From Acidobacteriota bacterium (GTDB taxonomy: Bacteria; Acidobacteriota; UBA4820; DSQY01), in assembly GCA_021787565.1 (NCBI GenBank), contig JAJYLT010000012.1, positions 28,166-92,165 on the forward strand: a stretch of 64,000 nucleotides of DNA, read 5' to 3'. The notes beneath the pieces are model-generated. The model saw only the letters and a program-made list of their open reading frames with translations. It did no database searches and had not been told where the DNA came from. Both the position numbers and the translations under genes were made by a program. Positions 15,680 through 25,500 of the stretch are shown here, in pieces; the stretch's first letter is position 1, and each line of letters begins with the position of its first letter.

Positions 15680-16712
15680 GGGGTCAGGTCTTTAGTGTTA
15701 GCCTCACTTGTGCTATGCTCCGGGGGTATGGTCTTTGTGTGGATTCATGAACGGCCCTAGGGAGGTGAATGATGGCCCGTCCGCTTCGGATTGAGTTTTC
15801 TGGTGCGGTTTACCATGTGACGTCGCGCGGGAATGATCGTCGGACGATCTTCCGGGACGACGAGGACCGGCGGCGATTCCTGGAGGTTCTCGGCCGGACG
15901 GTGGTGCGTTGGGGATGGGTGGTTCACGCCTACTGTCTCATGGGCAACCACTACCACCTCGTGATCGAAACGCCCGAGCCGAACCTCTCGCGAGGGATGC
16001 GGCAGCTGAACGGGGAGTATACGCAGGCGTTCAACCGTCGGCACGTGCGGGTGGGGCACCTCTTCCAGGGGCGCTTCAAGGCGCTGGTGGTGGAGAAGGA
16101 GAGCCACCTGCTGGAGCTGTGCCGGTATGTGGTGCTCAATCCGGTTCGCGCGCGTGGCATGCGGGTGGGCTCTCCCGAAGACTGGCCATGGAGCAGCTAT
16201 CGCGCGACAGCGGGAAGGGGCTCGGCGCCGGCATGGTTGACGGTGTCATGGATCTTGTCGCGCTTCGGCAAAGATGGGGCCAAGGCCCGAGAAGGGTACC
16301 GGCGCCTCGTGGCTGCGGGCATGGGACAGAGGCCGGACCTGGACGAGTGGGCAGGCTTGTGGATCGGGTCGGAGGGTTTCGGGGCGCGCCTGAGGGGCCT
16401 GCTCGGGGAAAAGGAAGAGGTCCGCGAGCACCCTAGGCGCCAGCGCCGCCCGGATCGTCCAGATCTGGCGTCCTACCTGCCGTTGGACCTTTGCGAGGAC
16501 CGGGCCAAGAGGGACGAGGCCGTCTACGGCGCCTACATCGAGGGGCGTTTCAGCCAGCGGGAGATCGCGGATCACCTCGGCTTGCACTACGTCACCATCA
16601 GTGGCATCGTCCGTGCCAAGGAGTTGGAGAAGCGACAAGATGGTAAGACCGAAAGGAAAAGGAGATAGCGGCCGGCCGTGGACAGAGACACTAACACTAA
16701 AGACCTGACCCC
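15680..16712 (+). mobile_element. 1033-bp insertion element with perfect 22-bp TIRs (GGGGTCAGGTCTTTAGTGTTAG) encoding a HUH/Y1 transposase
   Basis: Left TIR 15680-15701 and right TIR 16691-16712 are exact reverse complements. It interrupts an Rhs core sequence. No obvious target-site duplication. Confidence 0.75.
15769..16668 (+). CDS. HUH/Y1 tyrosine transposase-like protein (IS200/RAYT-like) with C-terminal HTH
   Basis: HUH motif GNHYHLVIETP. Candidate catalytic Tyr WPWSSYRAT. C-terminal HTH REIADHLGLHYVTISGIV. Confidence 0.7.
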   Translation: MMARPLRIEFSGAVYHVTSRGNDRRTIFRDDEDRRRFLEVLGRTVVRWGWVVHAYCLMGNHYHLVIETPEPNLSRGMRQLNGEYTQAFNRRHVRVGHLFQGRFKALVVEKESHLLELCRYVVLNPVRARGMRVGSPEDWPWSSYRATAGRGSAPAWLTVSWILSRFGKDGAKAREGYRRLVAAGMGQRPDLDEWAGLWIGSEGFGARLRGLLGEKEEVREHPRRQRRPDRPDLASYLPLDLCEDRAKRDEAVYGAYIEGRFSQREIADHLGLHYVTISGIVRAKELEKRQDGKTERKRR

Positions 16713-16923
16713 TGTCTTGACTGTCTTTCACTACTAAGCCGCTATCCGGCTACAGAATTATCTTGGACAGCAGTGATGGGACCTCCTTTTCCCGGCTCCA
16801 GGCTGGCGCTCACCCCTTGCGACACCGCCGAACCCCCTTCCGATTGGTCCGCGGTGAGGCGCGGATCACACTTTCGATGGCGCCTCGGGTAACTTCCCTC
16901 TCGCCGCCATCGTACAATGGCGC

Positions 16924-17895
16924 ATGGAGAAGACCATGACGGAAAGCGGAGAGAGGGTGGAGGATCACGAAGGGGGGCGGAGGGCCAAGGGATCTCCAGT
17001 GGGATGGCTTCGCCGCGTCTTCATCGGGAAGGCGGGCCTCAGAACGGGCTGGAGACTCCTTCTGTTCATCGTTCTGACGGGAGCGGGAATGGGAATCCTC
17101 CGGCTGGGGATCTCGGCCGTCCCCGGTGCCAAGCAGCTTGTTCGGCTCCAAGAGGGGCAGCTGTTCAGTTCGGTGACTCTTCTCGTCTCGGAGGTGATCT
17201 CGTGCCTCGCCCTCCTTGCGGCCGGGCTCGTCATGGCCCGGATCGAGGGAAAGTCCATCTTTACGTACGGCTTCGCGTTGAGGAGGGACCTCGGGCTGCG
17301 GCTCGTGGAGGGGGCCGCATGGGGGTTCGTATTCGTGACAGCCTTGTATGCCCTCCTCGCCGTCGAAGGGGGATTTCTGGTGCAGGGATTCGAGACCGGC
17401 GGCGCTCTGCTCCTTTCCTCAGCAGGCCTATGGGCCGTGGCCTGTCTCGGGGTCGGCCTGGCCGAGGAGTTCTCCTTCCGGGGCTACGGGCAGCACACGC
17501 TCGCCGGCGGAATCGGCTTCTGGCCCGCGGCGGTGATCCTATCCTTCGTCTTTGGAGTTCTTCATCTGGCCAATCCGGGCGAGGGCTGGGCAGGTGCCGC
17601 GAGTGCGGCCGTCTTCGGCCTCTTCTTCTGCTTCTCCCTCAAGAGGACGGGCACCCTCTGGCTCGCGATGGGGATGCATGCTGCGTTCGACTTCGGGGAG
17701 ACGTTCCTCTTCGCAGGCTCGACCGGCCTCCTCGCGACGAAGAGACACCTTCTCGAAAGCGCCGTCCACGGACCCGCGTGGCTGACTGGGGGAAGCGTGG
17801 GGCCCGAAGCCGGAGTCAACGGCCTCGTCCTCTTCCCCCTCCTCTTTCTGGCTTTCCACTTGACCCATCCCGAACAGGCGGAGACTCCGTCCTGA
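16924..17895 (+). CDS. CPBP-family intramembrane metalloprotease (CAAX protease/Abi domain)
   Basis: EEFSFRGY (EExxxR), FGVLHL (FxxxH) and HAAFDF motifs, with several TM helices. Confidence 0.7.
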   Translation: MEKTMTESGERVEDHEGGRRAKGSPVGWLRRVFIGKAGLRTGWRLLLFIVLTGAGMGILRLGISAVPGAKQLVRLQEGQLFSSVTLLVSEVISCLALLAAGLVMARIEGKSIFTYGFALRRDLGLRLVEGAAWGFVFVTALYALLAVEGGFLVQGFETGGALLLSSAGLWAVACLGVGLAEEFSFRGYGQHTLAGGIGFWPAAVILSFVFGVLHLANPGEGWAGAASAAVFGLFFCFSLKRTGTLWLAMGMHAAFDFGETFLFAGSTGLLATKRHLLESAVHGPAWLTGGSVGPEAGVNGLVLFPLLFLAFHLTHPEQAETPS

Positions 17896-18465
17896 GGCGC
17901 ACCCAGGCCCGACGCGGGACATCCCGCGGCTCCATCGGGACTTTGACGGGAATTCCCAACGGGGCGCCGGAGACTTGGTGTTGTGTCCCCGAAATAGCTT
18001 TACGGGGCATCCTGACCAGGGACACAACACTTCCCCAGGGGTTCCGCCCCTGGAACGCCCGCCCGCGGCGGGCTGTAACCTCGAAAGAGCGGGGAAGCCT
18101 CTTCCCCGCGCCCCTTTGGGTGCTGTCTACCACGCAATGCCACTGTCAACCTTTTCAGGGACAGCACCCTAGCGTGGTGTCTCCGAAACGGGTTCAACAG
18201 GAAGGCTCGCCCCATAATTCGTGCACGTCCGGAGGGCAGGCAGGCCTTCCAAGCGTCTTAGGCGCTTTTCCGGGCGAGTAGCGCCGGAGGGAGAGGCCTG
18301 GTCTGGTGCGGATCATCTCGAGGTATTCCCGCGAAGGGCTCCTTTGGAGAACCTGCCCTGAGGGCGTCCTTGCGAAGGGAAGCTCCCAAGGGAATCTCGG
18401 CTGTCCTTTCTCGGCCTTCCCGTTGTCGCCACGGGGGAACGCGGGGTCAGGGGGAACGGGAACGA

Positions 18466-18501
18466 GGGGTCAGGTCTTTCATTGCCACATTTCGCTCATC
18501 C
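18466..18501 (+). repeat. 36-bp junction element (copy 2)
   Basis: Identical to 13804-13839. Lies in a 560-bp noncoding stretch. Confidence 0.6.
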
Positions 18502-18778
18502 GGCCGCGTGCGATTCGGGGGACATGCTGTCCGGTCCGCGGGTCCATGGGATTGAGGGGATCGGCCGATGGGGGCATCGACCGCCAAGGGTGAATGGGAA
18601 CATTCGGGGGCGGACAGGCGGGGCGCCTGTCCCTCCCGAGTCTGGGGGGGCCGAGCCGCTGAGGAGCGGCGCCGCTTCGCCGGTTCTGCGCACCCTGCGG
18701 ATCTCTCTCCCGGCTGTGCCTTCCGTTCCTTTGGCCCGACAGGGAGAGCGCGAGGGCCGGCTTCCGGCCGGGTCCTGC

Positions 18779-19453
18779 TCAGTTGAGGAGGGCCGGGTCG
18801 AGGCGAAGGGAAGCGGGGCGGCGCTTGAGGCGCTCTTCGAGGGAGCCTTTGAGCAGGCGGAAGCGCTCGGGGATGGAGCGCGCCTCCAGGAGCGCCTGCT
18901 TGGCCTCGGGCCCGAGGCGAAGGGCCATGGCCGCCACCACGATGAGCTGGTCGTCCTCGCCCTTGGCCAGCTCGCGGATGACGGTGACCACCTTCTCCGC
19001 CGGGCCCTCCAGGAAGAGCGGGAGGGCCGCCAGGAGGTCGAAGCGCAGGGATTCGACGGAGCTCTCGCTGCCGCGGCCCTCGGTGGAAAGGGGATCGATC
19101 CGCACCTGGCGGTAGCGGGTGAGGGTTTGCAGCTCCTCGGCCACCCGGAACTCCTGCACGCCCAAGAGCCAGATGAGGTAGCGTCCGCCCGTCAGCTCGT
19201 GGTGCCTGGCGATGATTCCTGCGCAGCCCACACCGCGGATGGGGGGCCGCTTCATGGATTCGAGACTTTCCGGTTCGCCCTCCTCGCCTTCGATCTGGAC
19301 CATGCCGATGATGCGGTGACTCGCGAGGGCGTCGCGCACCATGTCCCGATAGCGGCGCTCGAAGATGTGCAGGGGCATGAGCTCGCCCGGCAGGAGCACC
19401 GTGTGGACCAGGGGGAAAATCGGAATGACCTCGGGCACGGCTACGGGCTTCAT
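18779..19453 (-). CDS. LON N-terminal (LON substrate-binding) domain protein
   Basis: IPIFPLVHTVLLPGELMPLHIFERRYRDMV matches the LON N-terminal domain consensus. Start chosen at MKPVAVPEV. Confidence 0.6.
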   Translation of the reverse strand: MKPVAVPEVIPIFPLVHTVLLPGELMPLHIFERRYRDMVRDALASHRIIGMVQIEGEEGEPESLESMKRPPIRGVGCAGIIARHHELTGGRYLIWLLGVQEFRVAEELQTLTRYRQVRIDPLSTEGRGSESSVESLRFDLLAALPLFLEGPAEKVVTVIRELAKGEDDQLIVVAAMALRLGPEAKQALLEARSIPERFRLLKGSLEERLKRRPASLRLDPALLN

Positions 19454-19539
19454 GACCTCTTTCCTCTCGCGGCTCCTGGCTGGATCCTCTCCTCTTGCCC
19501 TAACGCGCCGGAGGGGCTCGACTATTGCGGGAGAAGATA

Positions 19540-19689
19540 CCCAAATTCCGCGATGGAATTGCACTCGTAGGAGCGCCGCCCCCGGCGCGACGGACCGTAC
19601 GCGGGCACCGCATCCTGGTCTCAGGGTCACCCGGTTCGCGGCGAGGCACCGCTCCTACGCAGGCGTTGAGCCGCTATCGCGGAATTGGG
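19540..19689 (+). repeat. 150-bp REPIN-like element copy 2
   Basis: See 2405-2556. Sits in the divergent promoter region between the LON-N gene and the AddB-like gene. Confidence 0.7.
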
Positions 19690-19724
19690 GAGAAAGCTAA
19701 AAGTTGCAGGTTACAAGTTAGAAG

Positions 19725-22553
19725 TTGAAAGTGAAGGGTGAAAAGAGGCGGTGCTTACTTGGATTCGCCTTTCACCGTTCCGTGGTACAACGGCCGGAGG
19801 AGGCTCGGGTGGAAAAAGAGGGGGATCTGATCTTCGAAAGAGCCGAGGAGCTGGAGGCCCGGTGCGCGGAAGCGGCCATGGGGGGGGACCTGGTGCTGGC
19901 CGCCCGCGGGCGCCTCGCCCGGCGCATCCTCCATCGCTGCCGCCTGGCCCGGATCGGCAACGCCTCCGGATGGGTCTCCCCTCGGGTGTTCGGCCTGGAG
20001 CACTGGATCCGCTCCGTGTACGAAGGTCTGTGGGACGAGCGCCGGCCCATGGGCGGGGCCGCCGCCCTGCGCCTCTGGCACGCGGCCGCGGCCCGCGAGC
20101 CGGCGCCCGGCGGACTCTCGCCCGCTCCCTCGCTGTACCTCCAGCTCCAGGAGAGCTTCGAGCTCCTCCAGGGGCGGCGCCTTTCCGTCCAACTGGACCC
20201 ACGAGGCGACGAGCTTCCCGCGTGGCGGGCGCGGGTCACCCGGCAGTTCCGCAAGCTGGCCGCCGCCGAAGGGTGGGCGACCTCGCCGGACAGGATGGAG
20301 GCCGTGTGCGGCGCGCTCGCGGCGGGGCGCGTGGCGCTCCCTCCGCGGGTCGTCCTGGCGGGCTTCGACGATCCCGCGCCCATGGTCGAGGAGATCGCCG
20401 GAGCCGTCGCCTCCCGGATGGGGCTGGTCCGCTGGCGCGCGGGCGCGGCTCCCGAGGAGGGGACGCGGGTGCGGGTCTTTCCGGTGCCCCTCCAGGAATG
20501 CCAGGCGGTGGCGGCGGAGGCCCTCGACGCCTGGAACCGGGGTCAGAGGCGCCTCGGAATCGCCTTCTTCGGCCGCGAGTACGGCGACCTGCTGGCGCGC
20601 TGCCTCGATGAGCTCGCGGCCGGGGCGCCTCTGCGGGAGGGGGCCCTGAGGTACAACCTCACCCAGGGCACGCCGCTCACCGACCACCCGCTGGTCCAGG
20701 CCGCCCTCACGCCGCTGGGCCTCGCCTCCGAAGGGAGGGCGTGGGAGCTCCTGCCCTCCCTGCTCGCCTCGCCCTACGCGCGCCCTTCGCTCGAACGGTG
20801 GAGCAAGCGGACCCTCGACCTCCTCTGCTCCGCCACCCGGACCGGCGGGACACGCGCCGCGGTGGAGGGGCTCTGCGCGCAGGGCCTGCCCCTGCGCGCC
20901 CTCGCGGGGCTCTTGCGGCCCGGCCCCAGGAGACTGGAGGAGTGGCTGGCCGGCCTGGCCCGGCTCTGGCGCGAGCTGGATTTCCCCGTGCGATCGCAGC
21001 GGCGGGAGACCCGGGAGACCGACGAGCTGGCCTGGCGCCACCTGTGTGACGTGGTGGAGGCCCTGAGGCGGGACGCGGGCGATCTGGAGGTGACGGCGTC
21101 GGAGGCCGCGGCCTGGATCGCCGCCGCCTCCTCGGGCATCGAGGTCATCGAGAAGACGCCGGAGACGGCGGGCATCCAGGTCCTGCCCGTCTCGCAGGCC
21201 CGCGGCCTGGCCTTCGACGGCCTGTGGATCGTGGGCTGCCACGGACGGGCTCTGCCTCCCCCGGTGCCGGATCACCCGCTCCTGGCTCCGGCGGAGCGGG
21301 GTCTGCTGGAGGAGGCCAGCCCCCAGGGCCAGTGGGCGGCGGGACGAAGGACGCTGGAGGCGCTGGCGGCGTGCAGCGAGGCGTGCCGCTTCAGCAGAGC
21401 CGCGCAGGCTGGCGACGAGCGCCCCTTTCTGCCCTGCCCCCTGCTGGCGGACGAGCCGCCGGAACGACAGGAGGACCGCCCGCTGGACCTCTGGTCCGAT
21501 CCTCCGGAAGCCTGGCTCCGGGCGCGCTGGCTGCGCGGGGGTCTGACCGGGCTCGCCTCGCCGCCGCCGGCCCCGCGCGCGGGAGGGGATGGTGCGCCCT
21601 TCGCCGTGCCGTCTTCCCTCAACGTGACGCAGGACCTTCAGGCGCTCATGCAGTGTCCCCAGAAGTTCTTCTGCGCCCGGGCGCTCGGGCTGGAGCCCCT
21701 CCCCGAACACCGGGAGGGCATCGCCCCCGAGGTGCGCGGGCAGGCGATCCACTCGATCGTCGCGGCCTTCGTGCAGGGCATTCTGGACGACGCTTCGGGC
21801 TGGCCCGCCGATGGGGCGCTGGCCCGGCGCCGCCTGGAGGCCGCCGCGGACGCGGTTCTGGAGCGCCACGCCCGAGAGGGCGCCCCGGCCTTCTGGCGCG
21901 TCGAGCGGAGGCGCCTTCTGGGCGATGACGACGCGCCCGGGCTCCTGACCCTGTGGCTTGAAATGGAGCGGGAGCGGGCCGCCGCCGGCTGGCGCTTCCT
22001 CTTCGCCGAGGAGCCCTTCGAGGATCTCGCGCTGGAGGGGGCGGAGATGGCGCTTCGCGGCCGGATGGACCGGGCGGACGCGCATCTAGAGGAGGGTCTG
22101 GCGGTCTGGGACTACAAGACGGGCCAGCTTCCTTCGCCGGCCGAGGTCCTCTCCCACTGGGCCCACCCGCAGCTCCCGGCGTACGCGGCCGCTCTGACGC
22201 GCAGGCCGCTGGCCGAGGAGGTGCGCAAGCGCCTCCCCGCCCTTCCCGAAGGCGGGCCGGCGGTGCGCGGAGGCTACGTGGCGCTCCGGCGCGTCAGGGA
22301 TCTCTCCGCGGCCTTCCTGCGCGAGCCGGGCAGGGGCGGTGGCGACGTTGTTCTCTCGGAGAAACTGGGCGAGTGGGAGCGGGCCGTGGCCCTGCGGCTG
22401 GAGGGGCCTAAGGCGGGACGCTTCGCGGCCGATCCGAGACCGCCCTTTCTGGGACCCGGGAGGGAGGGCGCCTGCGCGTTCTGCCCTTACGACAAGATCT
22501 GCGGCTATTTCGACGGCACCGACCGCCGCATGGCCGAGGAGGAGGAGGCGTGA
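19725..22553 (+). CDS. addB: AddB-like PD-(D/E)XK nuclease subunit of a helicase-nuclease complex
   Basis: C-terminal nuclease region with Fe-S Cys cluster CAFCPYDKICG and RMDRAD...DYKTG motifs. Overlaps the downstream helicase gene by 4 bp. TTG start is uncertain; the first ATG is at ~19878. Confidence 0.6.
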   Translation: MKVKGEKRRCLLGFAFHRSVVQRPEEARVEKEGDLIFERAEELEARCAEAAMGGDLVLAARGRLARRILHRCRLARIGNASGWVSPRVFGLEHWIRSVYEGLWDERRPMGGAAALRLWHAAAAREPAPGGLSPAPSLYLQLQESFELLQGRRLSVQLDPRGDELPAWRARVTRQFRKLAAAEGWATSPDRMEAVCGALAAGRVALPPRVVLAGFDDPAPMVEEIAGAVASRMGLVRWRAGAAPEEGTRVRVFPVPLQECQAVAAEALDAWNRGQRRLGIAFFGREYGDLLARCLDELAAGAPLREGALRYNLTQGTPLTDHPLVQAALTPLGLASEGRAWELLPSLLASPYARPSLERWSKRTLDLLCSATRTGGTRAAVEGLCAQGLPLRALAGLLRPGPRRLEEWLAGLARLWRELDFPVRSQRRETRETDELAWRHLCDVVEALRRDAGDLEVTASEAAAWIAAASSGIEVIEKTPETAGIQVLPVSQARGLAFDGLWIVGCHGRALPPPVPDHPLLAPAERGLLEEASPQGQWAAGRRTLEALAACSEACRFSRAAQAGDERPFLPCPLLADEPPERQEDRPLDLWSDPPEAWLRARWLRGGLTGLASPPPAPRAGGDGAPFAVPSSLNVTQDLQALMQCPQKFFCARALGLEPLPEHREGIAPEVRGQAIHSIVAAFVQGILDDASGWPADGALARRRLEAAADAVLERHAREGAPAFWRVERRRLLGDDDAPGLLTLWLEMERERAAAGWRFLFAEEPFEDLALEGAEMALRGRMDRADAHLEEGLAVWDYKTGQLPSPAEVLSHWAHPQLPAYAAALTRRPLAEEVRKRLPALPEGGPAVRGGYVALRRVRDLSAAFLREPGRGGGDVVLSEKLGEWERAVALRLEGPKAGRFAADPRPPFLGPGREGACAFCPYDKICGYFDGTDRRMAEEEEA

Positions 22554-25500
22554 GCCGCCCGGCCCCCGACCGGGAGATTCGACTGAAGGCCCTCGATCCG
22601 CGGGGCAGTTTCGTGTTGGAGGCGCCCGCCGGCTCGGGCAAGACCGACCTTCTCACGGCGCGCTTTCTGGCCCTTCTGGGCACGGTGGCCTCCCCCGGGC
22701 AGATCGTGGCGCTCACCTTCACCCGCAAGGCCGCGGACCAGATGCAGCAACGCATCCTCGGCGTCCTGGAACGGGCCCGGAGGGGAGCGGAGCCGGAGCA
22801 CGAGTGGGACGCGCATCTGTTGGACCTGGCGCGCCGCGCCCTCGACAATCCGGGCTTCGCGGAGGGCGTACTGCGAAACCCCCAGTCCTACCGGGTGGGC
22901 ACCTTCCACAGCTTCTGCTCCTCGGTGGCGGGGGGCTGGCCGCTGGAGGCGGGCGTCCCCCCGGGCGCGAGCCTCCTCGAAGAGCTGGACCAGGGCCGGG
23001 CCCTGGAGGCCGCCGTGGAGTCCTGCTTCGGGGCGATTCTTTCGGGCGGCGCTCCGGATCTGCGCGAGGCCTTCGAGCGGCGGCTGGCGGCCGCCGACAA
23101 TCGGTACGAGCGGCTCAGGGAACAGGTGACCAGCCTGATGGCCCACCGGGACCGACTGCTCGCTTTCGAGGAGTTCCTGCGAAGCGGCGGCGGAGACCTC
23201 GGTGCCGCCGCGGGGCGCGTCCTCTCCGACCTGGTGGCCCTCGCGATCCGGCCGGCGCGCGCGCACTTCCTGGACCACGAGGAGCAGTGGCGCGAACTGC
23301 GCCGCGCCCTGGAGGCGTGCGGGGCGCCGTGCGCGCGGGACTGTCCCCTCGAAATCCCCGGCGAAGGCCTTGAGGCGATCCCGGCCTGGCAGGCGCTTGC
23401 CGGCCTGGTCCTGAAGAGCGATGGGGGCACCTACACGAGCTTCGCCGGCGCCAAGTTCGGCGCCGGGTTCGGGAAGACGGCCGCGGCGCAGTTCCTGAAG
23501 GAGATTCCGGCGGAGGCGGCCGAGGCCCTGGCCACGGTGCGGCGCTGGCCCCCCGCGGGGGAGGACCCGGTGGGACTGGAGGCGCTGGCGGACCTGCTGG
23601 CCCTGGCCGATTCGGCGCGGCGGCACCTGGCGGCGCGGATCCCGGGAGCGGGGCTGGACTACCTCGAACTGGAGCTGGCCGCCCTGCGCTCCCTGCGCTG
23701 GGCCGAGGTCCCGAGCGAGAGCCTCATCTTCTACAACGAGCACCTGAGGCACCTCCTGGTGGACGAGGCGCAGGACATGAACGAGGTCCAGGTGCGGATC
23801 CTCTCGCGCCTGACGGAGGGGTGGGAACCGGGCGACGGGCGGTCGCTCTTCGTGGTGGGCGATCCCAAGCAGAGCATCTTCCGCTTCCGCAGGGCCGAGG
23901 TGAGCCTCTTCACCGGCCTTCAGGAGCGGGGGCTGGCGAGGGAGGGGGAGGCCAGCTATCCGCTCGTCCCCCTCGAACTGACCTCCAACTTCCGCTCCGA
24001 GCCCGCCCTCGTCGGGTTCTGCAACGCCCTCTTCGAGGCCCTCTGGCCCGAACCGGGGAAGGACGGGGAGGGGGTCGCCTTCCGGGCCTCCGAACCGGCG
24101 CGCGAGGCCTCCTACGCGGGGGTGGGGGTGCGGGTGCGGGTGGCGCTCTTCACGCAGGGCGAGGAGGCCCGACCGGGAGCGGCTCCCCTGCCGTCCGCCG
24201 CGGAGCGGGAGGCCGCCTACGTGGCGGGCAGGGTCTCCGAGCTGTACGCGGCGGAGCCGGGGGCCACCATCGGCCTGCTCTTCCCCGCCCGTCCGGCCCT
24301 GGGGCCGTTCGTGTCGGCCCTGAACCGGCTGGGAGTGCCGGTCCGCCTCGTGGAGGGCGAGAGCCTCGCCGGCCGGCCCGAGGTCCGGCACCTCGTCAAC
24401 CTCTTCACGGCCCTGGCCCGCCCTTACGACGACGTGGCCTGGGCGGGGTGCCTGCGCTCGCTGTGGCTCTGGCTATCGGACGCCGAACTGCTTCGGCTGT
24501 CCTCGCTGGGCGGCTTCTGGTCGTCGAAGGTGCTGGCGCAGGCCGAGGGCGAAACGCCCTCCTCGCCCTTTGGGCTGGCCGCGCGGGAGGCGCTGGCGGC
24601 CTTCGGCCGGGAGCCCTACGAGAGGACGCTCGCGCGGCTGTGGGAGGACCTCGGGGGCCCGGCGGCCGCCGCGGCGCGATACGGAGCCGCCGGGGTCGCC
24701 AATGCCCGTGCCTTCCTCGATCTGCTGGCGACCTGTTCGGGCAGGCCCGCCGAGGAGGCCCTCTCGCGGCTGGCCGAACTGCTCGATTCGGCCTACACGC
24801 CGCCGGACCCGAGGGCGGCCTTCTCGCCCGTCTCGGCCATGACCGTCCACAAGGCCAAGGGCCTCGAATTCGACCACGTCTTCGCCGTGGCGCTGGGCCG
24901 GGACCCTCTCGGGGGGAGCCGGCAGGAGCACCCCTCCTTCCGCATGGAGCGGGTGCCCCTGCCCGGCAGGCCCGTGCTCGTCGCCGCCGGGCCGGACGCG
25001 GGGCGGGGCGAGCCGAACCTCGCCTACCGGCTCCTGGAGGAGCTCGACCATCGGCGCCAGTTGGACGAGAGCCTGCGCCTCTTCTACGTGGCGGCCACGC
25101 GGGCCAGGCGGAGCCTCACGCTCACCGGCAGGGCCGGCATCACGCAGAAGGGACTTCTCTCGGTCCGCAAGAAGTCCAGCGCGCTGGGGCGGCTGATGGC
25201 CGCCGTGGGCGGGGCGGAGGGGGCCCTCGACGAACCGTGGCGCTCCCTCGGCCTGAGCCTCGAAACGGACCCAGAGCCCGCGCGCGGGGGCGCTCCGGCC
25301 GGCCGGCCGCGCCTTCCGGGCGAGTCTCCGCCCTTCGAGGCCCAGCCCCTGCCCTACCGCATCAGCTCTCCGTCGGCCCTGCAGGAGGAGACGGCGCAGG
25401 CCGCGCCCTTCGGTGCGGACGACGCGGCGGATCCCAACGCCAGGCCCCGCGGCGTGGTCCTGCACCGGCTGTGGGAGCGCCTCGCCCTGGGGGCCTCCCT

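Noticed and set aside
17900-18465. 560-bp noncoding stretch with a 10-bp stem hairpin (GGGTGCTGTC...GACAGCACCC) and a GUCCGGAGGG motif reminiscent of SRP RNA domain IV
   Set aside because: Only short motif resemblance (13/14 nt to GGUGCUGUUUACCA, then divergent). No convincing SRP, 6S, tmRNA or RNase P consensus. Cannot be supported without a covariance-model search (cmsearch against RF00169, RF00013).
18482-19570. 362-aa ORF starting inside the 36-bp junction element (MPHFAHP...)
   Set aside because: The start derives from the repeat itself. The ORF runs antisense to the LON-N gene. There is no domain signal.
19755-22085. 776-aa ORF antisense to AddB-like gene. Likewise 22505-24391, 24473-25813, 25894-27411, 28327-30150, 32668-34767, 32727-35147, 49125-51671 and 51314-53281
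   Set aside because: Spurious long ORFs from GC-rich antisense strands. The sense-strand proteins carry canonical motifs.
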